Assembly (NCBI GenBank): GCA_050230475.1
Contig: JBFLGF010000107.1
Coordinates: 44,456-64,455 of the forward strand
Length of the DNA: 20,000 nucleotides
DNA from: Ancylonema sp.
Lineage: Eukaryota
Reading direction: 5' to 3'
This document shows positions 1 to 11,039 of this stretch, piece after piece. Position 1 is the first letter of the stretch. The number at the start of each line of letters is the position of its first letter. The position numbers and the translations under genes were made by a program. The notes under the pieces were generated by a model that was not told the DNA's origin, did no database searches, and saw nothing but the letters and a program-made list of their open reading frames with translations.

Positions 1-434
1 TTTCCCCCCCTTTCCAATGTCCCTGCTCCCCCAACGATATTTTCTCCCCGACGACTTTCCATGTGCGTGAGATGGAATGTGCAATCTACTGTATTCCTCG
101 TGTAATAACATTTTCGAACTTCCGCTCTAGATACACATAGTAGACGACAATGTAATGACGTCAACAACAATATTACTTCATAGTCGACAACATAGTCGCA
201 ATGTTGTGGTGGACAACAATGTTATGTAGGACGACGATGCCATGAAATTCGAGTGATGGAATTGCAATGACTTGGAATTCATGACATTTTCGTCTTCCAG
301 GCTGGAAGACGAAAAGAAGACGATCCTTATAGAGATGTGTCAAACGAACAATATTTTGTATATGTTGATGAAATCTTATTTGTTGGAAAACAAATGAAAA
401 TGAAGAGAATTAGTGTCATGAATTATTTGGAATA

Positions 435-480
435 TGTGTGATGTGTGTGTGTGTATGTGTGTGTGTGTGTGTGTGTGTGT
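435..480. repeat. (GT)n microsatellite
   Basis: Near-perfect GT dinucleotide run read directly from the sequence. Confidence 0.95.
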
Positions 481-898
481 ATCCTTGAAATGAAGCAAAA
501 ATACATTTTATAAGTTGCAAAAAAAAGCTACAAATACGACAGCAATGCAATTTGATAATAGGTTATTACATGTTGCTATAAAATGCAAAGTCAAAATTGC
601 ATTTGTAGAAGGGAAAAGGCCACAACTAGCACTAGAAGTAGGTTGAGGAAGAAATGGAATAGTGGACTTGAAGGGAGATGATGCACTAAAATATGGGTGG
701 ACATGAAAAATATGGTGTATTGATTTCAAAGGGAAGAGAAGAGAAGATACTATACGCTATTTTGGTACACATCTAGGTTATGACATCGAGAACTCCGTCC
801 ATGTTGGACAAGTAATATGCAAACTACATAGTTTTAATATTGATTAAAAAATACACAATCTACAACGGGGGGAGAAAAGGGGGAACTTTCCACACGCC

Positions 899-922
899 TT
901 TTTTTTTTTTTTTTTTTTTTTT
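899..922. repeat. poly(T) tract
   Basis: 24 consecutive T. Confidence 0.9.
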
Positions 923-959
923 CTCCCAGCAACCCCTATTGAAATCATTTTTTTTTTAT

Positions 960-1120
960 TGAAATCATTACATATTACGTGTAATCGCCATTTTGACCAT
1001 GTATTACGTAATTGAGCAAATCGATGTAATTTGTAAGATTACAGTAAGATTACCGTAAAAACGGTAATTAACGTATTACGTAATGTAAAAAAAAACGTAA
1101 ATGTAAAATTCACAACCCTA
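960..1120. mobile_element. Right-end remnant of a hAT-like non-autonomous element (same family as 15972-16980)
   Basis: TTACG/CGTAA-rich subterminal region ending in AAATTCACAACCCTA (1120), resembling the TIR TCACAACGCTA at 16970-16980. No matching left TIR or TSD was found. Confidence 0.55.
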
Positions 1121-1359
1121 CCCGGGGTGCAGGAAGCACCCCCCCCCCCCCCGGGGAATAATAATATTATTTTAACGCCTAAGGGCGCGACAGGGCGTGA
1201 GATTTGCGCATGCGGACGGCACGCGCGCGAAGCGCTCGCTTGCGACATACGCGCGGGACGCGCACTCCAAAGACCCATCTATGCTTACAATGCAGTCTTT
1301 ATATAGTGACACACTGTACGTAAGCGTCACGGTAACGTTCACAATGAGGACCCTCTTCA

Positions 1360-1760
1360 GTTAGAAAACCTCGAAGGACGGAATTTCGACTTTTAAAAAG
1401 CAGAAAGTCGCTCTAACGATATAAACATAACGACACTTTTTCTAAATTGTCTTAAAATTTTCTTAATGAATGAATGATTTTATACTGTGTATAGAACGTT
1501 ATTTCTCGGAGATAACAATATATATGTCAATCGATAAAAATATGGAATCCAAAATATATAAAATTTCGTCGACGCAAGTGATGAAAATAATGGGTAGGAG
1601 GAGGCAAACGAATATTCAACATCTCTTTCATGCAGCTTAGGGTCGAATTATGTCGACATTATTAATTTGCGTTTCCGTTTGCTATGCCAGATTGAAAATT
1701 GTTGGTGACTATCTTATGGTTTTTTTCCAATCACGAAAATGTATTGAGATATCTTGGATT
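1360..1760 (+). repeat. Dispersed repeat, copy 1 (MITE-like; diverged direct copy at ~18085-18480)
   Basis: Collinear shared blocks with copy 2: CGATATAA(A/G)CATAACGACACTTT, TGTGTATAGAACGTT, CGTCGACGCAAGTGATG, AATATTCAA, AGGGTCGAAT(T/C)ATGTCGA, TCCGTTTG(C/T)TAT, TGGTGAC(T/C)ATCTT. Confidence 0.85.
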
Positions 1761-3347
1761 ATCGACGTACGTATAAGTACCGTACACTAATACGCGGCTA
1801 ACAAACGCACACCTCACTACATGCTACAAGGACACATGCGAACACGTGTGGATAGAGATCCGTCCACGCACTGTACACTATACAGTGCTTCTAAATACCT
1901 GCAATACATCAAACACACTACACTCACACGAATGCCTAGCAAGACAAGTAGCATGCACCAATTTGGATTTACTCCCCCCCCAAACTCTCGGCGAAGCGTC
2001 CAATGCAAGAAAGCCGTTGGGTGTCTAGACGAGCTATAAGCAAACAATCTATCGGGCAATTCGGGTCTTCCAGACAACAAGCCACGCTACGCAACGCTAT
2101 GGTGCAATGCAAGACACGCATACACATGTGCGAGGTGACATAGATTTTCCGGGAATTTGTCCATAAAAGTAACTAGTACAAGGAAAGAGTAAAAAAACAA
2201 AAGCTAGTGGAAAATATCGAAAGAGCTTTATTCGCTGTACTACTCGATGCTAGCAAGCTACCACACAGTGGAAACTACTCGACGGCGAGAGCAGTTAGAG
2301 AGACATTGAGAAGGCTCGATTGGCAAGAAACTGTTTATGGTACGAGTCTTATACATTTCGACGTGCCAGATAGGATTAATAGGGTAAAGAGCCGTTGATG
2401 ACGTAATCAGTTGATGTATGCACGTCATAACGTGGTTCATCGACATGAAGCACTGAATGTCGATATCGATGAATTTGTAACAGTACAAGGCATCTGCCCT
2501 AACTAAGCAGTTTGGCACGCTTGAATCGTGGCAGTGATCGTAAACGATCACCGAAACATTGGCAGCACTGTAACTTGACTTGTTACTCTCTCGCTGCGGG
2601 CAAAATGTTAACGCGATAACCCTATATGAGATTTTAATGTATAGATAATGCGATACAATAATTTAAAGCGTGGAGGCAAGCAAAAAACAAATTGGAGTTG
2701 CGAGGTTTACGTTGACAATTTGGATTTGAAATGCTTATAAAATCTGAAAAGGTTGGATTCACCCCTACTCTTAGTAGAACCGTACTGGCGGTTGATGATG
2801 TATCCGAACTCCCTTCTGCTTCCAAACGGCGGTGGAGTGGTTGTTCATGAAACACCACTTGTGCCGTAGATGAAAAGAGTGGTAGTTTGTAAGAATAATA
2901 TCCGTTAACACACCATCGATAAACAAAAAAATGATTTTCGTCCTCCCCCGAAGTATGTGTCGAAGAGGTGTCAAAAGATGTTGATGACGGAGGTGGGTAG
3001 TTACACACCACCCGGAGTCATGGTAGGATGGGTAAGAGTAACATGTCATTCATTTACTCAACCATTTGAATTTTGTTGCTCGGATTGGGATTCTTGAAAT
3101 CGACATAGAGTAAATCTTATTGTTGCTCCGTTGTAGGAGGTAGGAGGGTGTCAAAAACGTCGATATTGGGAGGATTTTGCTCTCCTTCGGAATGTGTTTT
3201 TGAATGTGTATCCATTTTTGATGGTGTAGATGGGGAATAGGAAGACGGAAAATAATTGATGGACCAGGAAAATCGTGGATGGACGGGTTTGGTGAAACGC
3301 CCCCCTAGATCCTTAGCTCCATTGATCGTAGTCAGCAAACCACCATA

Positions 3348-4336
3348 CCATCGAGTGATGGTATGATCCAGCATGCGTCCCAACACGTGACAATCGCGCA
3401 TGTCATTGTAGTGATCATCCGGAGTGGAGTTGATGGTAACGTCATCAATATCAATACCCAAAAAATCATGCTCGCTCTCGCGGGTTGGGTTTGCTCCATT
3501 CGCGACGAGTCCCATGAAAGAGCATGCCGGAACCATACTTTTAGCGACCGAGTTCCGGACGCCATGTTAACACATAGTCGGCGTTGTCGCAGTAACGGGT
3601 AATTGGTGGTAATTAGTTAATTAATAGTAATTAGTAATCCGTTCTTCGCCACGTTTATTGATGCCTAAAGTATTAATGCGATCGATGATTCCATTTTGAG
3701 GACGTCGCCCGGGATCCAAGAGCGAAAATATGGCGACCCTCGAAGGCTTCTCAGGCACCGAGTTGAACAATCGGTCAGAGCCAAAAGTGTTTTACCATAT
3801 AAGAGTGTCGCGGTAACTGTTGCTCCCCAAGTGAGCCACGTCGATGAAAGTTATTTGGCCGAAAAACGAGCTGGTCACGAAGATCACCTCCTTTTCTCAC
3901 ATTGGAAAATCGTGGGATGTAGCGTGTTTGTAAAACATGTAAGTGGGTTTCCACTGTTGATGAGTAGGAATGTTACACATAACTTTCGCCATATTGAAAA
4001 GGGTAGCCACACGTGGTTCATGGATAGAGACCACGGGTGTGAAGTCGTGTAACAGTTGTGTATTCCAATTTCCACATACGAAATCGATAGCTTTCCATCT
4101 TTTGATAATTCGCACGACGTCCATGGTGCAAGTTTGATCAAGACGATATGGTAGTGTCGCATCAAACCTATTGATGGCGCTTTCCGGGAGTAAGATGGTG
4201 AATAGAATGTGTAAATCCCACATTTAACGTCGGAGGAGATTATCGCCTCTGGATCATATTCTTAAACATAAACTTTCTTGATGAACTTTCTAAGAGTAAC
4301 CACACGGCCCGCAAATAGTAACCACACGCGTAGGCC
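3348..4336 (-). pseudogene. C5-cytosine DNA methyltransferase-like domain within the retroelement polyprotein (degenerate)
   Basis: Motifs in canonical order. I: GLRVWLLFAG (4336-4307). II: VYV*EYDPEA. IV: IDFVCGNWNTQ (4088-4056). V: EPRVATLFNMAKV. VI: KPTYMFYKH (3950-3924). VII/VIII: FFGQITFIDVAHLGSNSYRDTLIW*N (to ~3790), then LLDPGRRPQ. IX: NPTRESEHDFLG. X: HVLGRMLDHTITRW (3389-3348). Recognised by eye, no HMM run. Confidence 0.72.
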
Positions 4337-4799
4337 TTCTCGTGGAACCGTATGGCTGGGGTAAAGCACTTGAGTTTGTCGAAGAAAATGCTGGGCCAAT
4401 ACAAATGAAAACCAAGTTCGCCGGTCGTTTTTCTTGAGCGATTTACGAAGTAAATCTGCACTCTTGTCGCGAAGTTCGTCTTGTAAATTCTTCATTTCTT
4501 CTGCATTGTCTTCATGGTACCGGCTTGTTGCCGACATCTAAATTATTGACGATAGGTAATCGTGGTCCATCGGTCTCCATGGGAGAGGTGGCGCCGTAGG
4601 TAAGGTTATCGTTTGCGGACCGAGGAAGCACTATTGTTGATGTAGACGTGCGTACTTAAGTAGGGTCGATCTCACGATCGGAGTCGTGTAGTATTCGTGA
4701 GGAAGTACCACTGCAGGCAACACGGGGGGTTATAAAATCATGTCCGCCTGATGGGTGTGCGGGGAAGTTGGGGAGAAATCGGCCATGTAAATTTGGGTT

Positions 4800-5343
4800 G
4801 TGATCGCCGCGTCGCCATTGACTCGGATCGGAATACTCCCGATGCAATTTCCACCTTTGTCCCAATCCGCACGGTAAAACGAATTCTTGTTCCACATGTC
4901 GATGCACCCTACGATAGTCGCAATGAGTGTCTTCTCAAAAAGAACATCATAGTCCATGGACGGGGAGAGATGCAATTGTGTCCACACTATGGTGGGGTTA
5001 GGATTATTTGTGCAAATAATTATTGAAATTTATCCTTTACTGTTCCGAGTGTAAGCTTGGTATCCCCCGATGCCGTTTTGTAAGGAGCACCCGGATCGAG
5101 GTCCGAATTTTTTATTCCAAAGTGCTTGCGATATGGGACACCTGCCATTGTGTTTGTGGCTCCCGAATCCAAGGTGAGCTTGAGGGATGTTGTTTTATTG
5201 ATATGTAAGTTCCCATGGTTGTTGTCCACGGTTATGACTTGATATTCTGTCACGTTTGACTCTCTAGGCGGTGGGATTTCCAGAGAGCAAACGGGTACCG
5301 TAGAACGTTGTGCCATCGACAGTTGATATTGGGCCTCCTCCAA
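4800..5343 (-). pseudogene. Retropepsin-type aspartic protease remnant
   Basis: LTLDSGATNT active-site motif, flap-like YKTASG, and after a frameshift DYDVLF (YDVLLG-type C-terminal motif) in ORFs 5020..5343 and 4730..4987. Confidence 0.8.
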
Positions 5344-5989
5344 CTTGAGGATGAGGTCTTACGCCATTTGTAACGCCTTCGTGTTGGCCAAAGTAAGTCG
5401 TTGGAGATCAAGCTTCTCGCGATTGAGCTCCTCCTATAACGCTTGTGCTTGTGGAAGGGGAAGAGGTGGGGGCGGATGTGTAAAATTTTGATAGTTGAGG
5501 TTGACCGTGCCGGGTCCCAATGTAGTGGGAAGTAACGAAACCCAAGTTTCCGGCATTTTCACACTATGATCGCGACGTCGTCCATAATCCGGTCCTTCTA
5601 CATCTTACCGCTCCATATCTTCATGTTAAGGAGGGTATGTAGCCGGTGGTGGAAGCTCAAGAGATGCATCTTCAAACGTATTTTTTTCAGAGGATGTTCG
5701 AGGTGGTGGGGACCTTGGTGTAGGTTGTGCAACAAAAGGGTAATCCACCACGCTCGCCGATGAATTTGGTGTTTTTTCTAGCATCTTCAATCGCCGCTAC
5801 TCTCATAGAGCTTCGGGGAGTTGTCATCATTTAAAAAGATAAAAACGGAATATATTTGTCACACTCACTGTGTAATGCCTCGATCGCGTGACATTATTTT
5901 TGAAGTTTTTGAGGTTTTTGTTTTTGAAGAAACGTGTTGGCCTCCGCTCCGTATTGTTGATCTTCCCACGTGATTCGCACTATATCTGG

Positions 5990-7384
5990 CCTTAGAGGTA
6001 ATTTGAACGGAGAAGTAGAGTGCACGAGCATTGTCTGATTCTACGCCGTCTTAAACTTTCGACACTATTAGATTGTGTGACCACCCGCGCCACACTGCCG
6101 GCAACGAGCACCCTTGGTGTATTCGTTAGGTCCGTATTGTCGTTGATTCGTTTGATTTTGAGTTTGAGGTTGACCGTAGGAATCTCCATTGAATTGTCCT
6201 TGAGCTTGTCGTTGTACGCCAGTTTGTAAATGCGGTGGCCGGTAAGGAGTGGATTGAGATTGACCCGTCGATGGTTTCGTGGATTGGGCGCAGTCCTTTT
6301 TGTAATGACCCGGTTGGTTGAAACCATAAGAAATAATGCCTCATTTGTCGTTTTCTTTCCCCGTTGAGAGGTCTATTTGTCGCGGCGGATGCCGGAAAGT
6401 TCGTAGATGGTGTAAATGAATGTAGGGGATTTTTTCGAATTTGGTACTCGGGAGGTTGCACTCGAATTCCACCCCCGGTGCGAATGTCCGCCTCTTTTTT
6501 CGCAAGGTACAATTCACTTTGATTCGCCTCCTTCATAAATGTTTTGCTTGTAAGTAGATTTGTCCGCGGCGTAAAAAAGAACCGATCTTTGTTCTCTTTG
6601 AAATACCAATCATTGATGTTTGGAGATTCGCCGGAATGAGTAAAAAAAATTGGAGTGCCAATTGTTCGGGTGTCATGGCTCTCGCTTTTTCGACGATTGC
6701 TGCCGCATCATTTTATTGAGGGTTGATGAATGCCACGCTGTCGTTTGGTGTAATTGTAGTAGTTTCCAACTTGTTGAGGTATTCGGCCGAAAATACACGG
6801 AATCGGTCATTGATGCGATAAATGAACTCCGTCAATTCGTGCGGTTCGGCAAACATTGGTTTTTCCGGGGGCGTTAATTTATCGTGCCGCCCTTGCATGC
6901 GGTGGTAGAACATGTCCGCATAGTAATCACGCCACATGTCTCGAATGTTTGACATCTGTGCATCTCCCGTGTATTCCTTCATGAATTGTTGCCATTCTCG
7001 CTGCGCCTCTCCTTTGCAATAGGCGCCGAGACATTAAGCAAGATCCATTTTCATGTAACCGGACAGTTTAACACGCTTTAGGATTTCGTGATGACTTCGG
7101 ACGGCGTTTGATGAACTCGTCTTGGATCATGGCGAGAGTTCCATGGTAAAGTATGATGGGAGGTAGACTCGTCAAGCCGTCACCACACCCTCCAATACGA
7201 TTGCAAGGTTTGGGTACGGATGTGCTATCCGGCGGATCGGGATTTTCCGATGGCGGTGACTTGTTCGGAGTTAGGTTATAGGGGGTTTGGCGTCAAACGT
7301 GGGGAGCTTGAAGGTGAGATTATGTTCGTCTTCTTCGAGCTCCGCAGGATTCTCCTCCATTGTAGGGCGTTCGAAAGCCGACAT
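5990..7384 (-). pseudogene. Retrotransposon Gag pseudogene with CX2CX4HX4C zinc knuckle
   Basis: Manual translation of 6103-6062 gives CRQCGAGGHTI**C, with exact CCHC spacing and two internal stops. An upstream L-x-G-x-A-x-x-x-W-like capsid motif lies near 7030-6990. Confidence 0.8.
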
Positions 7385-7559
7385 TTCCGAGAAATAAGAA
7401 CTTGCTTACACTCGCGTATGGGTGATCCGATCAGGAGTGGATGCTATGACACACCTATATGATAGATGTTGTGCACTAGACTCGGCCCACTTCCGCAAAA
7501 GTCATATCGTGATTTGACGATCGATTTTGGCTTCCAATAAGTGTACGCTTCAAGACCAT

Positions 7560-7724
7560 TATCGTAATTTAGGCTTTCGACATAACTTATATTTATAACC
7601 GCCTTATGTAATGCAATGCGTCACTTACATTACGACCAATTGAAATTTACATCAAAAAAACACATAATTGTACGATTTCACGTAAAAAAATCGCGAGAAT
7701 TTACGGTAGTAAATTCGCAGCCTA
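7560..7724. mobile_element. Third TTACG-rich hAT-like end remnant
   Basis: TTACG/CGTAA-rich tract ending in AAATTCGCAGCCTA (7711-7724), similar to AAATTCACAACCCTA at 1106-1120. Confidence 0.45.
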
Positions 7725-8100
7725 CCGTAATGTGCTCTACGAAAAAGATAAAGAAAATCAAAACGAATTTAAATGATTAAAATCCTAATAATTTAATTGG
7801 TTCCTAAAATTGATTCCGGGATTTCGGGGGCATTATCGATAATTATTGGCAATGATTCCGGAAGTCCTACATATAAAATTCAATAAAAAAATTAAGATTC
7901 CACTTTCATTTTCAGTGAATGGTACCACTTTCTTGGTGTAAAATAAAAATGATTGCTCCCGGGTTTAAAGAGCCTTTGGGGAGCAAGAACGGTAAATCCA
8001 AATAACGTCAAATTGCGAACCAAAAGCGTGCCTAATGAGCGGATCCGCCGTACCCGTCGCACAAGACACAGTTGGTTCCATATAGAGCAGTATCGTTCAG

Positions 8101-9049
8101 CACGGATGGCAAGTGAGGCCCTAAAGTGCTCTCTAGGGGGTTATTAATTTAAAAATCACAATCAGGGGTTGCACTTGAATTGCTAAATTGCTATGATATA
8201 CATGTTTTTGAAGTCCTTTGGCACATTTAAACACAATGGTGCCGCTAACAACTTGTCGCTCCAACGGATAAATGTATTTCAAGATAATATCAAATTGATT
8301 TGACAAAACGGTACTCATCACGTTTGAAAGAGCCATTTGCAACCACATTCACTGTATCATGCATGTTTGATCTCCTACAAAATTTTGCCCATGAAAAAGA
8401 TTTTTTTTCCCAACATCTATTTTCAACGTATGGTATATTTTTAAAACTTATAGCGAGAATCATCAATAAAAATTGATGAATTATCAATTATAAAAAACAA
8501 CCAAAGTTGAACTGACACACAAGGAGAGAACGATTGGAAGCATCACTGATCCCGTAGTCAATTTATAACGTAATCCATTGCCATTTTATCTAAACATGGA
8601 TAAATGATGAAATAAAATAGTTTCGGTCATCACCAAAATTCCCGGGCGACTCACTTCCGTACGCTCCGGTGATAGGTCACCGACAATAAGATATTTTCTT
8701 TCGCAATTATGGCATACGTTACCCGATTGAGCTTGACAATTCGTGGTACACCATTTTTTTGGTCCGGTATCCACTCATAGTATCCGCAATGGCAGCACGT
8801 CAATAATAGTTTTTGTCAGTACGTTTTGGTTAGAGGACTGTAAGGTTTTCTTATTTTTTCCAAAGCAGCAATTTAGGCCCTAAATTGATGGTTGGGAATG
8901 ATATGTGCCCCTAAATTGCCACTAAATTGAAATTTATATTTCGGGGTATTTAGGGGCACTTTCCGGGCGTACCCTTCTTAAGCTAATCACGGTAATCACG
9001 GTCTAAATACCCCAGATTACGGGGAGGGTTTTTCGACTTGCCATCCCTG
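8101..9049. mobile_element. Non-autonomous hAT-superfamily DNA transposon (MITE-like), 949 bp
   Basis: TIRs CACGGATGGCAAGT (8101-8114) and ACTTGCCATCCCTG (9036-9049) match 13/14. 8-bp TSD TCGTTCAG (8093-8100) versus TCGTTAAG (9050-9057) matches 7/8. No transposase ORF. Confidence 0.85.
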
Positions 9050-9336
9050 TCGTTAAGCACGTCCGTTGGTACGTACCATTATCATGGAAGGTGACGCCGG
9101 GATACGACAATGTCTGTGACTCCAAACACGACAAAATGCCGGACACGACAACCGAAGCCTTATTCTGCCCCCCTCATTCCAGCCCTCCGTTCCATCGGTA
9201 CATTTTTGCGGGTCAGAGAGTCAGTGCGGAGAAGTTACGTTGTCAGCAATTTAACAGTCTTACCTCCTCCTGGAAGTTCACGCAGTGGAGGTCCGGCTGC
9301 CAGATTTGGTAACGTGAAGGAGGGCCACGGGAGGCC

Positions 9337-11008
9337 ATGGCGAGATGGACGCACCTTCAGAATTTCCTGACAGTCCTCCTTTTCTCCAGCTCTCTGTACG
9401 CGAACGTCGACGCTCAGCCAACTGCCCCTTCGGACGGTAAGTTCCTCTCACGGATCGACCTCCGATGGAATATCGGCCAAAAGACAAACTTTAAGGTTCT
9501 CATTCGGTATATTTTGTAAGAACTAGGAACTTGAACAACAAATATTTTGCGTCTCTCCTCGTAGAGAAACTATTCTCACCGTTGGCTGTGGAGCGTCCAC
9601 ACGGCCCCCGCTCTGCATGCTTCCGTGCGTAGGAGCATGCACCGCCTTTGTACCGCCTCTTTTTGAGCTAGTTTTTCGCGTAGGGTTCTGCACTACTTCA
9701 TATTATATGACTCTCTCGTCGTTGTGGTTTACCCGAGGCCTCATATATGTGCATCCCGTTAAGGAGTCAGAGATGCCACCATAGCACTATGCTACTGTAT
9801 GATATAAACTTCAAGAAGAACTATTCCCCACATCCATTCGCCTTCGCCGTCAGTCGCCAAATATTTTTGATGAAGAAGAGTGTGTGAAATAGGATTGGAA
9901 TATTTTACTTCATTCTCGCCATAGCTGGGACGGGTGAAGCATTTTTGCACAACTTGAAAAACGCATGAAGCGCCGTAATTAACGTATTCCGGGTAACAGT
10001 CGCCGCCCTTCGAGCCTTGTATACCGCCCTCCAAAGCCCCACCGCTCTGTCAACCTGGACGGGCGACCCTTGCGCGTCACAATGGGTTGGGGTGACGTGT
10101 ATAGCGGGAGCAACTGAATCCTATGTCGGCGGCCTCACCTTGGCCTCTATGGGGCTCAACGGAACTCTGCCACTGGAACTCGGCACCATGACCAAACTCG
10201 GTTTCCTGTAAGGCACAAGAAACACATGGGACATGGGACATGGGGGGGATGAGGGGAAAGTGACAGAGCTGAAGACTGAGGGTCTTCTTTTCTGCAGCCA
10301 TGCCAGCCACAATCAACTCTCTGGCCCTCTGCCTGCGCAGCTGGGCACCAATGGGCTTCTTACCATACTGTCAGTCCACCCTCCATTCTCCTCGCAACCC
10401 CTCCTTGTCGACCCCTGCGCACGCTACAGGCACATACTGTACACAGTACACGGTACAGTGGTTGAACCCTGGAGGGTGGGATGGGGTTCAGGGACTTGAG
10501 TAACAACGCGATTTCGGGGGACCTCTCCCAGGGACTCACCAATAACTTCACTGTCCTGTGAGGGGCTTGGGGCATGGGAGGGTGGGGGGGGCGGGGGGGT
10601 GGGGGGGCGGGGGGGGTGGGGGGGTGGGACATACCCTGAACCCCTCCTTCTCTTCTTCAGCTCCCTGTCCAACAACAGTCTGCTCCATGGATGGCCTCCC
10701 CAACTCCCCCTCCCCACCCTCACTGACCTGGACCTGAGCGGCAACGGCTTCACAGGCCCCCTCCCATCGACCCTGGGCAGCGCACAGAGCCTCACCTCCC
10801 TGTGAGGACCTCCCACAGGGCAGAGGACAGGGGGAAAGGGGGGGGCAGTGGTGAGCGGGGTGGGGGTTGGGGTTGCAGACAGCTGAATCGCTGTGGTTGG
10901 AGCGGTTCCATCCCGACAGAACTCGGCACCCTTGCCAAACTCACGGACCTGTAAGGAATCAGCGCCACCACCAACACCTGGCAGGAGGCAGCAGGCAGCT
11001 CAATCGTT

Positions 11009-11039
<31 letters not shown>

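Larger units (their letters stand above)
2770..7384 (-). mobile_element. Degenerate Ty3/Gypsy-type retroelement, domain order gag-CCHC-protease-DNMT-like; no RT/RNase H/integrase or LTRs recognised
   Basis: Collinear minus-strand ORF fragments broken by stops and frameshifts: Gag start MSAFERPTMEE (ATG 7384), capsid-like LGAYCKGEAQREW, zinc knuckle 6103-6062, protease LDSGAT (D at 5169-5167), methyltransferase motifs 4336-3348. Boundaries are approximate. Confidence 0.8.

Noticed and set aside
2580..7560. LTR pair or primer-binding site around the retroelement
   Set aside because: Only a 9-nt match (CCTATATGA near 2621 and 7454). No extended direct repeat, TG...CA ends or TSD could be established.
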